Shown here: positions 7,142-15,824 of the stretch, one piece after another
How positions within the stretch are numbered: the first letter of the stretch is position 1
How the letters are laid out: the number at the start of each line of letters is the position of its first letter
NCBI GenBank assembly: GCA_041615815.1
Contig: JBFJCP010000052.1
Location: 1-16,379, forward strand
Length of the DNA stretch: 16,379 bases
Direction of reading: 5' to 3'
Source of the DNA: Gemmatimonadales bacterium
GTDB lineage: Bacteria; Gemmatimonadota; Gemmatimonadetes; Gemmatimonadales; GWC2-71-9
Translations under genes and position numbers: made by a program
Notes under the pieces: model-generated
Told to the model about the DNA's origin: nothing
Databases searched by the model: none
Seen by the model: the letters and a program-made list of their open reading frames with translations, nothing else

Positions 7142-9109
7142 ATGAAGCTGGTCGAAGTTCGGGTCCGTAAGTTTCGGAATATCCTCGACTCGGGGTCCGT
7201 GCCCATCCAACCGGATATCACCTGCCTCGTTGGCAAGAACGAGTCGGGGAAGACCGCGTTGTTGCACGCACTCTACCGGTTGCACCCCGATCGCCCCAAC
7301 GCCGAATTCTCGGTGGCCCACCAATACCCCGCCTGGTTCGAGAAGCGCGACCGCCTGAAGGGCGAGGCGCTCGAGAAACTGCGCCCCATCCTCGCCGCCT
7401 TCGAGCTCGAAGATCACGACGTGAGCGTGCTCGAAGAAGTGTTCGGCCCGGGCATCCTGCGATCGGATCGCGTGGTGGTGGCCAGGGACTACGGCGGACA
7501 GATCTGGTATTCCCTCGAGATCGACGACGCCGCCTTCGTCCGACACCTCCTCTCGGCCGTGCAGCTTCCCAAAGAGACGGACGAGCGACGATCGCGCATC
7601 AGCTCGATCGATGGACTGCGACACTTCATCCACGACCTCAGAACGGGACGAGTCTCCGGCCGCGAGCTGGGCTCGATGCGGAGGGAGATCGCGGACGATC
7701 TCGAGTCACAATTGAACGCGTCCCTGGGCGGCCGCAAACTGCTCGATGCGGTTCGCTTCGCGCTGGAGCCGCTGATCCCCAAGTTCCTCTACTTCAGTGC
7801 TTACAGCAGCCTGCCCTACGCGGTGGACATTCGCCGAATCATGTCCGCCGATCCCGCCACCCTGGACGACGATGAGCTGACCGCGCTCGCGCTCCTCAAG
7901 CTCGCCTCCGCGGACGAAACGTATCTCCAGAACGGCGACTACGAACGCCGAACCCGAGAACTGGAGTACGTGGCAAACGCGATCACGGACGATGTACTGA
8001 AGTATTGGAGCCAAAATCCCCTGCTGCGCGTGAAGCCGGACATCACGCAGCGCATCGAACAGACCCTGGAGGGCGACACGGTCCTCAAGGAAGAGCTCAA
8101 GATCCGCATCTGGGACGAGCGACACTCCCTCTCCCTGCCCTTCAACGAGCATTCCACCGGCTTTCGATGGTTCTTCTCGTTTCTCGCAGCCTTCTCGGCG
8201 TACGAGCACAGCGCCGAGCCCCTCGTGATCTTGCTGGACGAGCCGGCGCTCGGCCTCCACGCGCGCGCACAACGGGACTTCCTGCGTTTCCTGGAGGAGC
8301 GGCTCGCGCCCCGGTGCCAGGTCATCTACACCACGCACTCCCCGTTCATGGTGCAACCCGGAAGGCTCGATCGCGTGCGGTTGGTGGAAGATCGGGGAAA
8401 AGAGTTGGGTGCGATGGTTTCCGCGGAGGTGACGAGCGCCGATCCGGATACCCTGTTTCCGCTCCAAGGTGCGCTCGGCTTCGACATGGCACGGCATCTG
8501 TTCACGGGACCGCACAAACTCGTGGTCGAGCGAACGTGCGACTTCACCTATCTCACCGTGCTATCCGACTACCTGCGCCAACTCCCCGGTAGGACCGCGC
8601 TCGACGAACGGTGGACCATCGTGCCCGTGGGCGGAGCGGACCTCGTCCCCGCGTTCGTGGCACTCGTGGGCAATCAGGTGGACGTCACGGTCCTGATCAA
8701 CGCCCGCAAGCAGGGCCACCGCATGCTCTCGGCGCTGACGACCCAGGGTATCCTCCAGGTGAATCGCGTTATCAGCATCGGGCAGGTGGTGGGAGCGAGG
8801 TTCGGTCACATGGAAGATGTGTTCGAACCCAACGATTACCTGGCGCTGTACAATCGCGCCTTCGACAAGAACTGGAAGTTCAACGATCTCGACGGCGGCG
8901 GAACGATCGTGTATCGGATCGCGCGGAAGGAAGAAATTTCGAGCTTCGATCACGGGCGGCCGGCCGAGGAGCTGCTGCGCCACCGTGAGGAGATCATGGC
9001 GCAGCTCTCAGCCGAAACGCTCGACCGGTTCGAGGCGCTGTTCAAGGTGCTGAACGCCACGCTGCCGTCGAACACCTTTCAGATCGAGACGGACGCGGGC
9101 GTTGCATAG
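7142..9109 (+). CDS. OLD-family-like ABC ATPase (AAA_15/AAA_21 type) with C-terminal TOPRIM-like domain
   Basis: N-terminal VRKFRNI; Walker A GKNESGKT; signature STGFRWF; Walker B ILLDEP; H-loop YTTHSP; TOPRIM-like LVVERTCD...PVGG...VLINAR...MEDVF. Confidence 0.88.
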   Translation: MKLVEVRVRKFRNILDSGSVPIQPDITCLVGKNESGKTALLHALYRLHPDRPNAEFSVAHQYPAWFEKRDRLKGEALEKLRPILAAFELEDHDVSVLEEVFGPGILRSDRVVVARDYGGQIWYSLEIDDAAFVRHLLSAVQLPKETDERRSRISSIDGLRHFIHDLRTGRVSGRELGSMRREIADDLESQLNASLGGRKLLDAVRFALEPLIPKFLYFSAYSSLPYAVDIRRIMSADPATLDDDELTALALLKLASADETYLQNGDYERRTRELEYVANAITDDVLKYWSQNPLLRVKPDITQRIEQTLEGDTVLKEELKIRIWDERHSLSLPFNEHSTGFRWFFSFLAAFSAYEHSAEPLVILLDEPALGLHARAQRDFLRFLEERLAPRCQVIYTTHSPFMVQPGRLDRVRLVEDRGKELGAMVSAEVTSADPDTLFPLQGALGFDMARHLFTGPHKLVVERTCDFTYLTVLSDYLRQLPGRTALDERWTIVPVGGADLVPAFVALVGNQVDVTVLINARKQGHRMLSALTTQGILQVNRVISIGQVVGARFGHMEDVFEPNDYLALYNRAFDKNWKFNDLDGGGTIVYRIARKEEISSFDHGRPAEELLRHREEIMAQLSAETLDRFEALFKVLNATLPSNTFQIETDAGVA

Positions 9110-9365
9110 GCTGGGCACCTGTTGGGCGACCGGTCGACAGGTGTTGCGGAGGGGCGGCGGATAGATCCCTGGCGAGAAGGCCGCTCGTGTAGTCCACACA
9201 GTCCCAACGCTCCATCGCGCATTGCACCACAACGAGACGCCGGAACCCGGCGAACATCGTCGTACCTGCGATCTCCCCATCCTCCAAGGTGAATCCGCAC
9301 GCTTGGGTTGTGATCCGGTCAGCAGCTGTCGCCGTTCCGCGTCCGCGATCGACGATCCGCGACCG

Positions 9366-9827
9366 TTACGATTCGTCCACGAACCGCGACACAGTGACCG
9401 TCAACTCGTCATCGGCCACATTGAGTGCACCGTCGAGCTCGATCCTGGTGGGATAGCCGAGCTGGACGTGGTAGTCGACCTCGAGCACCGCGGCCTGATT
9501 GGCAATCGCACGTTCGATGATATCGAAGAGATCCTCGACCGTGTCGAAGAAGTCGAACAACTGCGCTTCGACGGCCGAGCCGTCCCGTAGGTCGATTACG
9601 GCCACGATCAGACCGTCGCGCACTTGGATCTCGTGGGGACCCGCGAACCCGCAGAAGCACCCACGATCCACCTGATAGGTGTAATCCACGATTCCGGCCG
9701 CCTGCCAGCGGCTCCGATTGACCTGTAACTCCCCGCCCTCTCCTACCCCGAGGATGCCACCGGAGCACCCCGCGGAAGCGAGCGAGAGGACGATCGCACC
9801 CACTGATTTCAGACCCAAGCGCTTCAT
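9366..9827 (-). CDS. Lipoprotein, DUF6174-like
   Basis: ATG 9827 after GAGGGG; basic N-terminus, hydrophobic stretch and lipobox LASAG-C; W...GIVDYTYQVDRGCFC...TVEDLF...Y...LGYP...D..ADDE pattern. Confidence 0.8.
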   Translation of the reverse strand: MKRLGLKSVGAIVLSLASAGCSGGILGVGEGGELQVNRSRWQAAGIVDYTYQVDRGCFCGFAGPHEIQVRDGLIVAVIDLRDGSAVEAQLFDFFDTVEDLFDIIERAIANQAAVLEVDYHVQLGYPTRIELDGALNVADDELTVTVSRFVDES

Positions 9828-9888
9828 AGCCCCTCGAAATGGCCAAAGCCTCATTTGTGTATACCCCACAAGCGCGCCCGGCGTCACT

Positions 9889-9922
9889 GGGGCAGGGAGC
9901 GGGGGCAGGGGGCAGGGGGCAG
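9889..9922 (+). repeat. G-rich tandem heptamer (GGGGGCA-like) array
   Basis: GGGGCA GGGAGC GGGGGCA GGGGGCA GGGGGCAG; five G-runs. Confidence 0.6.
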
Positions 9923-9986
9923 GAACGGCGGATAGCCAAGAGGTGCCTCGCGCAGCACGACACTCCTCACAGAGTTCACCGTGTAC

Positions 9987-10015
9987 TTGACGTTATTTAG
10001 CGTTAAGACTAAATA
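9987..10015 (+). promoter_or_regulatory. ArsR operator TATTTAG-N8-CTAAATA (9994-10015) directly after a TTGACG -35 box
   Basis: Perfect 7-8-7 inverted repeat in an AT-rich patch just upstream of an ArsR gene; fits autorepression. Confidence 0.7.
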
Positions 10016-10042
10016 TTATCCACATCTTTTGAGAGGCTGGAA

Positions 10043-10351
10043 ATGGCGAGGAAGCGTGAGCCGAAAGCTCGCCTGGATGCGTACGAAGCCGTCTTCACCG
10101 CATTGGCCCACCCAACTCGGCGACGGATTCTGCTGACCCTCAACTTCGAGGGCGGCTCGATGAGCGCGGGCGAGATCGCCGCGATCTTCGAGCACGCATG
10201 GCCAACAATCACGCGGCATCTCAGGGTGCTGGTGTCCGCCGGGCTGCTCCACTCCGAGCGGGACGGTCGCTCACGCGTCTATCGCATCGACCGGCGACGA
10301 CTGGACCTCGTTCGGGACTGGCTGGGGTGGTTCTCGAAGGACCCCGGCTGA
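10043..10351 (+). CDS. ArsR/SmtB family transcriptional regulator
   Basis: VFTALAHPTRRRIL...SAGEIA...WPTITRHLRVLVSAGLL..ERDGRSRVYRI winged HTH; GAGAGG RBS; no Cys residues. Confidence 0.92.
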   Translation: MARKREPKARLDAYEAVFTALAHPTRRRILLTLNFEGGSMSAGEIAAIFEHAWPTITRHLRVLVSAGLLHSERDGRSRVYRIDRRRLDLVRDWLGWFSKDPG

Positions 10352-10377
10352 CCGATCGCAATCCACGGGAGGACGTC

Positions 10378-10836
10378 ATGACCACGAAGAAGCGAGGCAA
10401 GCCCACGGAGCAGACCGCAGCGAAGGCGGCCACGGCAACGGCTTCCGACGACCCGTTGCTGTTTCGCCTCAACGTGGAGGTCGGCGATCTCGACGAGGCC
10501 GCCGAGTTCTACCGTGTCCTGTTGGGCCTCGTGGGCCGCCGGCAGGCGGGATCACGTGTCTATTTCACGTGCGGCGCAGTCACGCTCCAGGTCGTGGACG
10601 TCTCCTCGGTGCGCGCGCCACATCCAGCGGCCAAGGCGCTGTCGTTCACCGTGCGCGACCTCGACGCCGTATTCGAGCGCGCGAAAACGCTGGATTGCCT
10701 CTCCAACGAGGAGGTGCACGGCGAACCGGGCGGCCGTATCAGCGTGCGACCGTGGGGCGAGCGCTCGTTCTACGCAGAGGACCCGTGGCGGAATCCGCTG
10801 TGCTTCGTTGAGGCAGGAACGGTCTATCCCGGGTAA
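10378..10836 (+). CDS. VOC family (glyoxalase/bleomycin-resistance) protein
   Basis: ATG 10378 after GGGAGGA; VGDLDEAAEFYRVLLG...FTVRDLDAVFERA...RPWGERSFYAEDPWRNPLCFV. Confidence 0.9.
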   Translation: MTTKKRGKPTEQTAAKAATATASDDPLLFRLNVEVGDLDEAAEFYRVLLGLVGRRQAGSRVYFTCGAVTLQVVDVSSVRAPHPAAKALSFTVRDLDAVFERAKTLDCLSNEEVHGEPGGRISVRPWGERSFYAEDPWRNPLCFVEAGTVYPG

Positions 10837-10948
10837 GGACGTGTTGAGGGGTTGGGAACGATGGCTAGGGCTGCAGGATCCGATTTGCTCCGGCGGGAGG
10901 GTAGCAAGCGCTAGTCCCAGCGTCCCCGCGGCGAGGACCCTGCCCCGC

Positions 10949-11890
10949 TTACGGCCGCTCCGCCACCCAATCCCCTTCCCGCTCGTCTTCCGGCGTGACG
11001 ACGATCGGAACGACCTGACCGTCCGCCACCCGTACGGCTTCGAGGTCGTAGTCCGTCTCACCGGTTCCCTCCACCGTGTACAGCAGCCACACGTCGTCCG
11101 GTGACCAACGCGGTCCGTACCGCAAACCTGCACCCGGCGTGATCGTGCGGCGATCGGTGCCGTCCCGTTTCATGACCACGATTCTCGAGACACCGCCCGC
11201 TTCCGCGTGGAACGCTATGCGCGAGCCGTCGTGCGAGAATGCACCGCCGTACTCGTCCGCGGCGTCGGACGTGAGACGCGACTCCTCACCGGTCTCGACG
11301 TCGAGCTGGAACAGATCCAGGCTGCCATCGACGTCGCGACTCAGCAGAATCCCGCGGCCGTCCGGCGTCCAGTCTTGCGGCCCCAGCGACGAGGTGAGCG
11401 GCGCGCGGGTGATTTGCTCGAGGTTACCGCCATCCGCATCCACGACGTAGAGGTGGCCGGGAAACGGACCGGCACTCCCCAGCGCGTAGCCTCGGGTGGA
11501 CATGAACGCGAGACGCTCGCCGTCCGGAGCCCATGCAGGCAGCACGTCGTACGCCGGATGGTCCGTCAGGTTCAGCAGCCCGCCGTCGGCATGCATGACG
11601 TAGATGTCGATGGCCCCCGAACGACGCGACTGAAATGCGAGTGTGCGGCCATCCGGCGCGAAGCGGCCGAAGTTGTTGCCCGATGGATCACCGGTGAGGC
11701 GCACCGGCGCGGCCGCGCCCGGAACACGCAGATAGATGTCCGCGTTGCCGTTCCTATGACCGGTGAACACCACGCGGGCCGAGTCGATGGACCATGCCGT
11801 GACCGGGCGTGCATCCCGCCCGGCGCAGCCCATGGCGGCCACGAGTGACGCGAGCAGCGTCCAGCCCCGGAGTTCGGTGGCCCTCACCAT
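10949..11890 (-). CDS. TolB-like beta-propeller (PD40 repeat) protein, probable lipoprotein
   Basis: ATG 11890 overlaps the end of the SRPBCC gene; lipobox-like VAAMG-C; repeats FAPDGRTLAF, WAPDGERLAF, WTPDGRGIL, FSHDGSRIAF, WSPDDVWLLY. Confidence 0.85.
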   Translation of the reverse strand: MVRATELRGWTLLASLVAAMGCAGRDARPVTAWSIDSARVVFTGHRNGNADIYLRVPGAAAPVRLTGDPSGNNFGRFAPDGRTLAFQSRRSGAIDIYVMHADGGLLNLTDHPAYDVLPAWAPDGERLAFMSTRGYALGSAGPFPGHLYVVDADGGNLEQITRAPLTSSLGPQDWTPDGRGILLSRDVDGSLDLFQLDVETGEESRLTSDAADEYGGAFSHDGSRIAFHAEAGGVSRIVVMKRDGTDRRTITPGAGLRYGPRWSPDDVWLLYTVEGTGETDYDLEAVRVADGQVVPIVVTPEDEREGDWVAERP

Positions 11891-12411
11891 GTCACTTTCT
11901 CCACTTCTTCCGTCTTGGTGGACTTGGGAAGCATCCACATCGTGAAGCCCATGACCGAATACAGGAGCCGCGTCCGCATGGGGATCGTGCCCGTCTCGAG
12001 TTCGCTCTTGAGCAGCCCCAGGATCTCTAGCCAACCGGCCTTCTGTTTGTCAGCGCCCTTGTGGACGCTCGTGAACCCGGCGTGCGTGAGCGTGACCCGG
12101 CAGCCGTTGGGGATCTCGCTCAGCTCCCAGGTGACGAGTGTCGCGGGTTCTTTCCCGTTCTGCACGAAGTGATAGGTGTGCGCGAACTTTCGCGGCGGAT
12201 CCACCTCCACCACCTCTCCCACCACGAACACCCGTTTCTTGTTGGGGCTGTAGTAGCGCAGCCGGCTCCCCGGCCTGAGCTCCGTCTCCAGCACGCAGTT
12301 GTACAGCGGCCGCTGGATGCTGCCGGTCTTTGTGATCTCGCTCCACACCTGCTGGACGGGTACGTGGATATCGATCGACAACACGTGCGTGATGTCACCG
12401 GGGTCGGGCAT
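11884..12411 (-). CDS. SRPBCC (AHSA1/START-like) ligand-binding domain protein
   Basis: IDIHVPVQQVWSEIT...GEVVEVDPPRKFAHT...TLVTWEL...CRVTLTH...GWLEILGLLKSELETG; GGAGA RBS; follows an ArsR gene. Confidence 0.9.
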   Translation of the reverse strand: MPDPGDITHVLSIDIHVPVQQVWSEITKTGSIQRPLYNCVLETELRPGSRLRYYSPNKKRVFVVGEVVEVDPPRKFAHTYHFVQNGKEPATLVTWELSEIPNGCRVTLTHAGFTSVHKGADKQKAGWLEILGLLKSELETGTIPMRTRLLYSVMGFTMWMLPKSTKTEEVEKVTW

Positions 12412-12435
12412 ACGTTCTCCCTGTCTGTATCGTGG

Positions 12436-12786
12436 TCATCCGGCCTTGGACCGGGTGTCCCGCTCCAGCTGGTCCTTGAGATCCACCAGTGACTCTGTCC
12501 AGGGCTGCTGGTAGCGGCTCACCCAGCGGTCGTGAATCTGTTGGATCGGAACGGGGTTGAGGAAGTTCATGGTGGTGCGGCCGTCTTTGCGGCGGACCAC
12601 GAGGTGCGCGTCTTCCAGCACACCGAGATGCTGCATAATGGCAAACCGCGAATGACGGCGAAACTTCCGGGCGAGCGCCCCCGTGGGCTTGGGGCCGTCA
12701 CACAGCAAGTCCAGGATGCGGCGACGGACCGGATTGGCCAGCGCGCGCCACACGGGCTCGAGGTCCTTCGAACGGCGTGCTTGCAT
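12436..12786 (-). CDS. ArsR/SmtB family transcriptional regulator (SRPBCC-associated type)
   Basis: VWRALANPVRRRILDLL...SRFAIMQHLGVLEDAHLV..RKDGR...LNPVPIQQIHDRWVSRY; ATG 12786 preferred, since the track's TTG start at 12822 coincides with the -35 box. Confidence 0.92.
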   Translation of the reverse strand: MQARRSKDLEPVWRALANPVRRRILDLLCDGPKPTGALARKFRRHSRFAIMQHLGVLEDAHLVVRRKDGRTTMNFLNPVPIQQIHDRWVSRYQQPWTESLVDLKDQLERDTRSKAG

Positions 12787-12822
12787 ATGTGATAATAATA
12801 TCACATATTGATCGTCCGTCAA
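12785..12822 (-). promoter_or_regulatory. Promoter TTGACG-N16-TATTAT with perfect 10-4-10 ArsR operator ATATGTGATA-ATAA-TATCACATAT (12785-12808)
   Basis: Palindrome read directly; covers the -10 region and the ArsR start codon; sits in a 50-bp divergent gap. Confidence 0.8.
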
Positions 12823-12836
12823 TACCTGGAGGCAGG

Positions 12837-13229
12837 ATGCTGCGGAGTATTCTCGCTGTCGTCGCAGGCGCGGTCCTGTGGACCGTGCTCTGGGTCCCGT
12901 TCAATCTGGGAATGCAAGCGGCCTTCCCGGACATCATCGATCCCGAGCGGTATCTTGGCCACGTTCCCACGCTCATGAGCTACATCGTGATGAGCTTCGT
13001 GTTCTCCGTGGCCGCGGGCTACCTGACGGCGCTCGCGGCGAAGACCAAGCCGGTGCAGCACGCATTCGCGCTCGGCATCCTGCAACTCGCGCTCGGCATT
13101 GGCTTCGAAGTGAGCTACTGGGAGATGCTCCCTGTGTGGTATCACCTGGTGTTTTTGATGCTGCTCATTCCGGGGAACGTCCTGGGTGGGATGCTGCGGG
13201 CGGCGCGGCGGCCGGTGGCGGTGGTCTAG
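12837..13229 (+). CDS. Small integral membrane protein (about 4 TM helices), unknown function
   Basis: ATG 12837 after GGAGG; four hydrophobic segments; AGYLTA and PVWYH motifs. Confidence 0.8.
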   Translation: MLRSILAVVAGAVLWTVLWVPFNLGMQAAFPDIIDPERYLGHVPTLMSYIVMSFVFSVAAGYLTALAAKTKPVQHAFALGILQLALGIGFEVSYWEMLPVWYHLVFLMLLIPGNVLGGMLRAARRPVAVV

Positions 13230-13267
13230 GAAGACCCAGCAACACCGCATCGACGTCTTCAGAATTC

Positions 13268-13297
13268 CGGGCGGCGCTCGCATCACGGCGCCGCCCG
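13268..13297 (+). terminator. GC-rich hairpin downstream of the membrane-protein gene; possible terminator
   Basis: CGGGCGGCGC-10nt-GCGCCGCCCG perfect 10-bp stem; no clear U tract. Confidence 0.4.
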
Positions 13298-13457
13298 ATC
13301 TGTTGCGGCGATGCAACTCTTACCGTCCCGGGAGCCGCACCTCATATTCGGTCGCGACGCGCGCTCAGCATTCGAGGACCGGTCCCTCCGACCCACGGAT
13401 CCCTGTGTCGCTGAGCACTCTCGAGCTGCCAAAGGTCTCAACTGGAAGGAACCACGC

Positions 13458-14999
13458 ATGTCTGAGCGGAGACGCGTGGCCGACCCTGAGCCTGAGATCC
13501 CCGGGTCGCAACGCCGTATTGAGCGCATCTCGACGCCCCACACAACCACGCCCGCAGCGCCCCGAGCAACGCTCAGTGCCGTTTTCAGCGCAGAGACCTA
13601 CAGACACCTGTTACAATCGGACCTCGTTGGAGTCATTCTCGGAGAACCGGGTGGCTCGATCATCGATGCCAACGATGCCTTCCTCACGTTGACCGGCTAC
13701 ACCCGCGCCGATCTTCCCCTGAGCTCCGATGCAACGCCGTTTCCCGTCATGAGCCTGCTGAGCGACGGGGACGACGATGCCGTTCCCCGGAAAAGGCAAG
13801 CGACATCCTGGGAAACGGAGATCGTCGCCGAGGATGGGAGCAAAATCCCCGTCCTGGTGAGTACAGCCCGCCTGTCGAAGACGGGGCGAGAGTACATCGC
13901 GTTCGTCATGGACCTCTCGCAGACCAAAGAGGGCGAGATCGCGCTGCGGCGGAGCGAGGAGCGATTCAAGGCACTCTATGATCAAAGCCCTTCCATCTCT
14001 GTCACCGTGGATCCCACGGGCTCGATCGTCTCGATCAACTCCCTTGGGGCGGAACAGCTCGGATACCGCCACAGCGACCTTCTGGGTGCACCCGCCCGGG
14101 AGCTGCTCCACCAAGAAGATCGTGCCGCGTTCCAAGACCAGCTCGAGACCACGTCGAGTAAACCGGGTGTCATCAAGAGCCGCGACTTCCGCTTCATCCA
14201 GAAAGACGGGAGCACCCTCTGGGTGAGGGGATCATGCCGCTCAATGCTGGACACGGACGGGCAGGTACTCGTGCTGCTCGTCTGCAAGGATCTGACGGAG
14301 CAAAAGGAGAACGAAGCGAAGCTGCTCGATTATCAGACACAGCTCAGGGCGCTGACGCTGGAGTTGGGACTCGCTGAGGAGCAGGAACGCCGCCGGATTG
14401 CGGTGGGGCTGCACGACTCGATCGGTCATAGCTTGGCGTTAGCCAGTATGAAGCTCAGCGCGTATGGACAGAGCCCGGAACGAGATCCCGATAGTGAGCT
14501 GGTCGAGGTCCGTACGCTGATTGACGACGCGATCCAGGCGACACGCGCCCTGACATTCGAGCTGAGCTCCCCCGTCCTCTACGAGCTGGGGTTGGAAGCT
14601 GCACTCCTCAGCATCGGGGAACATGTGGTCGAAGCCAATGGCCTCCGCTTCGTGTTTGACACCGACGGCCAGCTCAAACCCCTTTCGACCGACGCACGCA
14701 TCGTACTGTATCGGTCCGTCCGCGAACTCCTCCTCAACGTGATGAAGCATGCGGCTGCCCGTTCCGTGACGATCACGGTGGCCAGAGTGCGGAATCGCAT
14801 CGAGATCACCGTTGCTGACGATGGGGTGGGTATCGATGCCGCTGCGATTGTCCGACACGGCGGTCCGCGCCGTGGGTTCGGGCTCTTCAGCATCGAAGAG
14901 CAACTTCGTGCGATTGGTGGAGATATCGTCGTCGATACCACCCCGGGAAGAGGGACGAAGTGCCTGCTCGTCGCGCCGCTCGAGTCACCAGCGCCGTGA
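13458..14999 (+). CDS. Cytoplasmic PAS-PAS sensor histidine kinase (HisKA_3, NarX/UhpB type)
   Basis: ATG 13458 after AAGGA; PAS motifs IIDANDAFLTLTGY and INSLGAEQLGY; H-box ERRRIAVGLHDSIGHSL; N-box ELLLNVMKHA; DDGVG; GFGL; no TM segments seen. Confidence 0.93.
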   Translation: MSERRRVADPEPEIPGSQRRIERISTPHTTTPAAPRATLSAVFSAETYRHLLQSDLVGVILGEPGGSIIDANDAFLTLTGYTRADLPLSSDATPFPVMSLLSDGDDDAVPRKRQATSWETEIVAEDGSKIPVLVSTARLSKTGREYIAFVMDLSQTKEGEIALRRSEERFKALYDQSPSISVTVDPTGSIVSINSLGAEQLGYRHSDLLGAPARELLHQEDRAAFQDQLETTSSKPGVIKSRDFRFIQKDGSTLWVRGSCRSMLDTDGQVLVLLVCKDLTEQKENEAKLLDYQTQLRALTLELGLAEEQERRRIAVGLHDSIGHSLALASMKLSAYGQSPERDPDSELVEVRTLIDDAIQATRALTFELSSPVLYELGLEAALLSIGEHVVEANGLRFVFDTDGQLKPLSTDARIVLYRSVRELLLNVMKHAAARSVTITVARVRNRIEITVADDGVGIDAAAIVRHGGPRRGFGLFSIEEQLRAIGGDIVVDTTPGRGTKCLLVAPLESPAP

Positions 15000-15661
15000 G
15001 CATTCGGATCGTGCTGGCCGACGACCACGGGATCTTCGTGGCCGGCCTGCGCGCGTTGCTCCAGAAGCAGCCCGACATGGAGGTGGTGGGTGACGCGGGG
15101 AATGGCCGGGACGCGGTGAACATGGTGCTCGACAAGAAGCCGCACGTGGTCGTGATGGACCTGTCCATGCCGGGCATGAACGGTATCGAGGCAACTCGTC
15201 AGATCCTGGCAAAACAGCCCCAGACAAAGGTCCTCTGTCTTTCGATGCATGCCGAGCGACGATTGGTGGCAGCTGTCTTGGACGGGGGAGCCTCGGGCTA
15301 CCTGGTCAAGGAGTGCGCCCTGGAGGAGCTGATCCGGGCGGTGCGCACGGTGATCGACGGGCAAATCTACCTCTCCCCGTCCGTTGCCGGCTCAATCGTG
15401 GCTGATTACACGGCGCGCCGGACGGAGGATGGGACCGCAGCGTTCGAGGTTCTGACCGATCGGGAGCGGGAGGTCCTCCAGCTCCTGGCGGAGGGCCACT
15501 CCGCCAAGGACATCGCCAACCGGCTCCACATCAGTGTCAAGACCGTTGGTACCCACCGCGAGCACGTCATGCGGAAGTTGGGTATCCACAGCGTCGCCGG
15601 TCTCACCAAGTACGCGATCCGCGAGGGCCTGACGTCCACCGATCCCGATCGCACTCCCTGA
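14996..15661 (+). CDS. NarL/LuxR family DNA-binding response regulator
   Basis: GTGA overlap with the kinase stop; IVLADDH, VMDLSMPGMNG, GYLVK; LuxR HTH LTDREREVLQLLAEGHSAKDIA..LHISVKTVGTHREHVMRKL. Confidence 0.95.
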   Translation: MSIRIVLADDHGIFVAGLRALLQKQPDMEVVGDAGNGRDAVNMVLDKKPHVVVMDLSMPGMNGIEATRQILAKQPQTKVLCLSMHAERRLVAAVLDGGASGYLVKECALEELIRAVRTVIDGQIYLSPSVAGSIVADYTARRTEDGTAAFEVLTDREREVLQLLAEGHSAKDIANRLHISVKTVGTHREHVMRKLGIHSVAGLTKYAIREGLTSTDPDRTP

Positions 15662-15695
15662 TATCGACTCGGCTGCCTCAGGCATCGGGAAGCAA

Positions 15696-15716
15696 GAAAT
15701 CAGGGAACTGCTGATT
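15696..15716. promoter_or_regulatory. Candidate NarL-family binding dyad AATCAG-N7-CTGATT
   Basis: 6-7-6 palindrome at 15698-15716; near-copy at 16265-16284. Confidence 0.55.
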
Positions 15717-15824
15717 GCCCCAGTCACGAGCCTCAGTGATCCTTCACACGCCAAGAACCGCCTCGGTTCCACGATTGGCGCCGGATGCAGGGTTGGAACC
15801 AGCGCTCTCATCGGGAGATCTCAG

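Noticed and set aside
9008..9300. Small minus-strand ORFs in the convergent gap
   Set aside because: They overlap the ATPase 3' end, lack motifs and occur in several frames, as expected by chance.
7142..9827. Complete Gabija, PARIS or retron defence system
   Set aside because: No partner helicase, reverse transcriptase or second subunit adjacent; the next gene is a convergent lipoprotein.
1213..15661. Sec read-through at the other TGA stops (1213, 5929, 10351, 11884, 12436, 14999, 15661)
   Set aside because: None has an adjacent Cys or redox motif, and the recognisable domains are complete before the stop.
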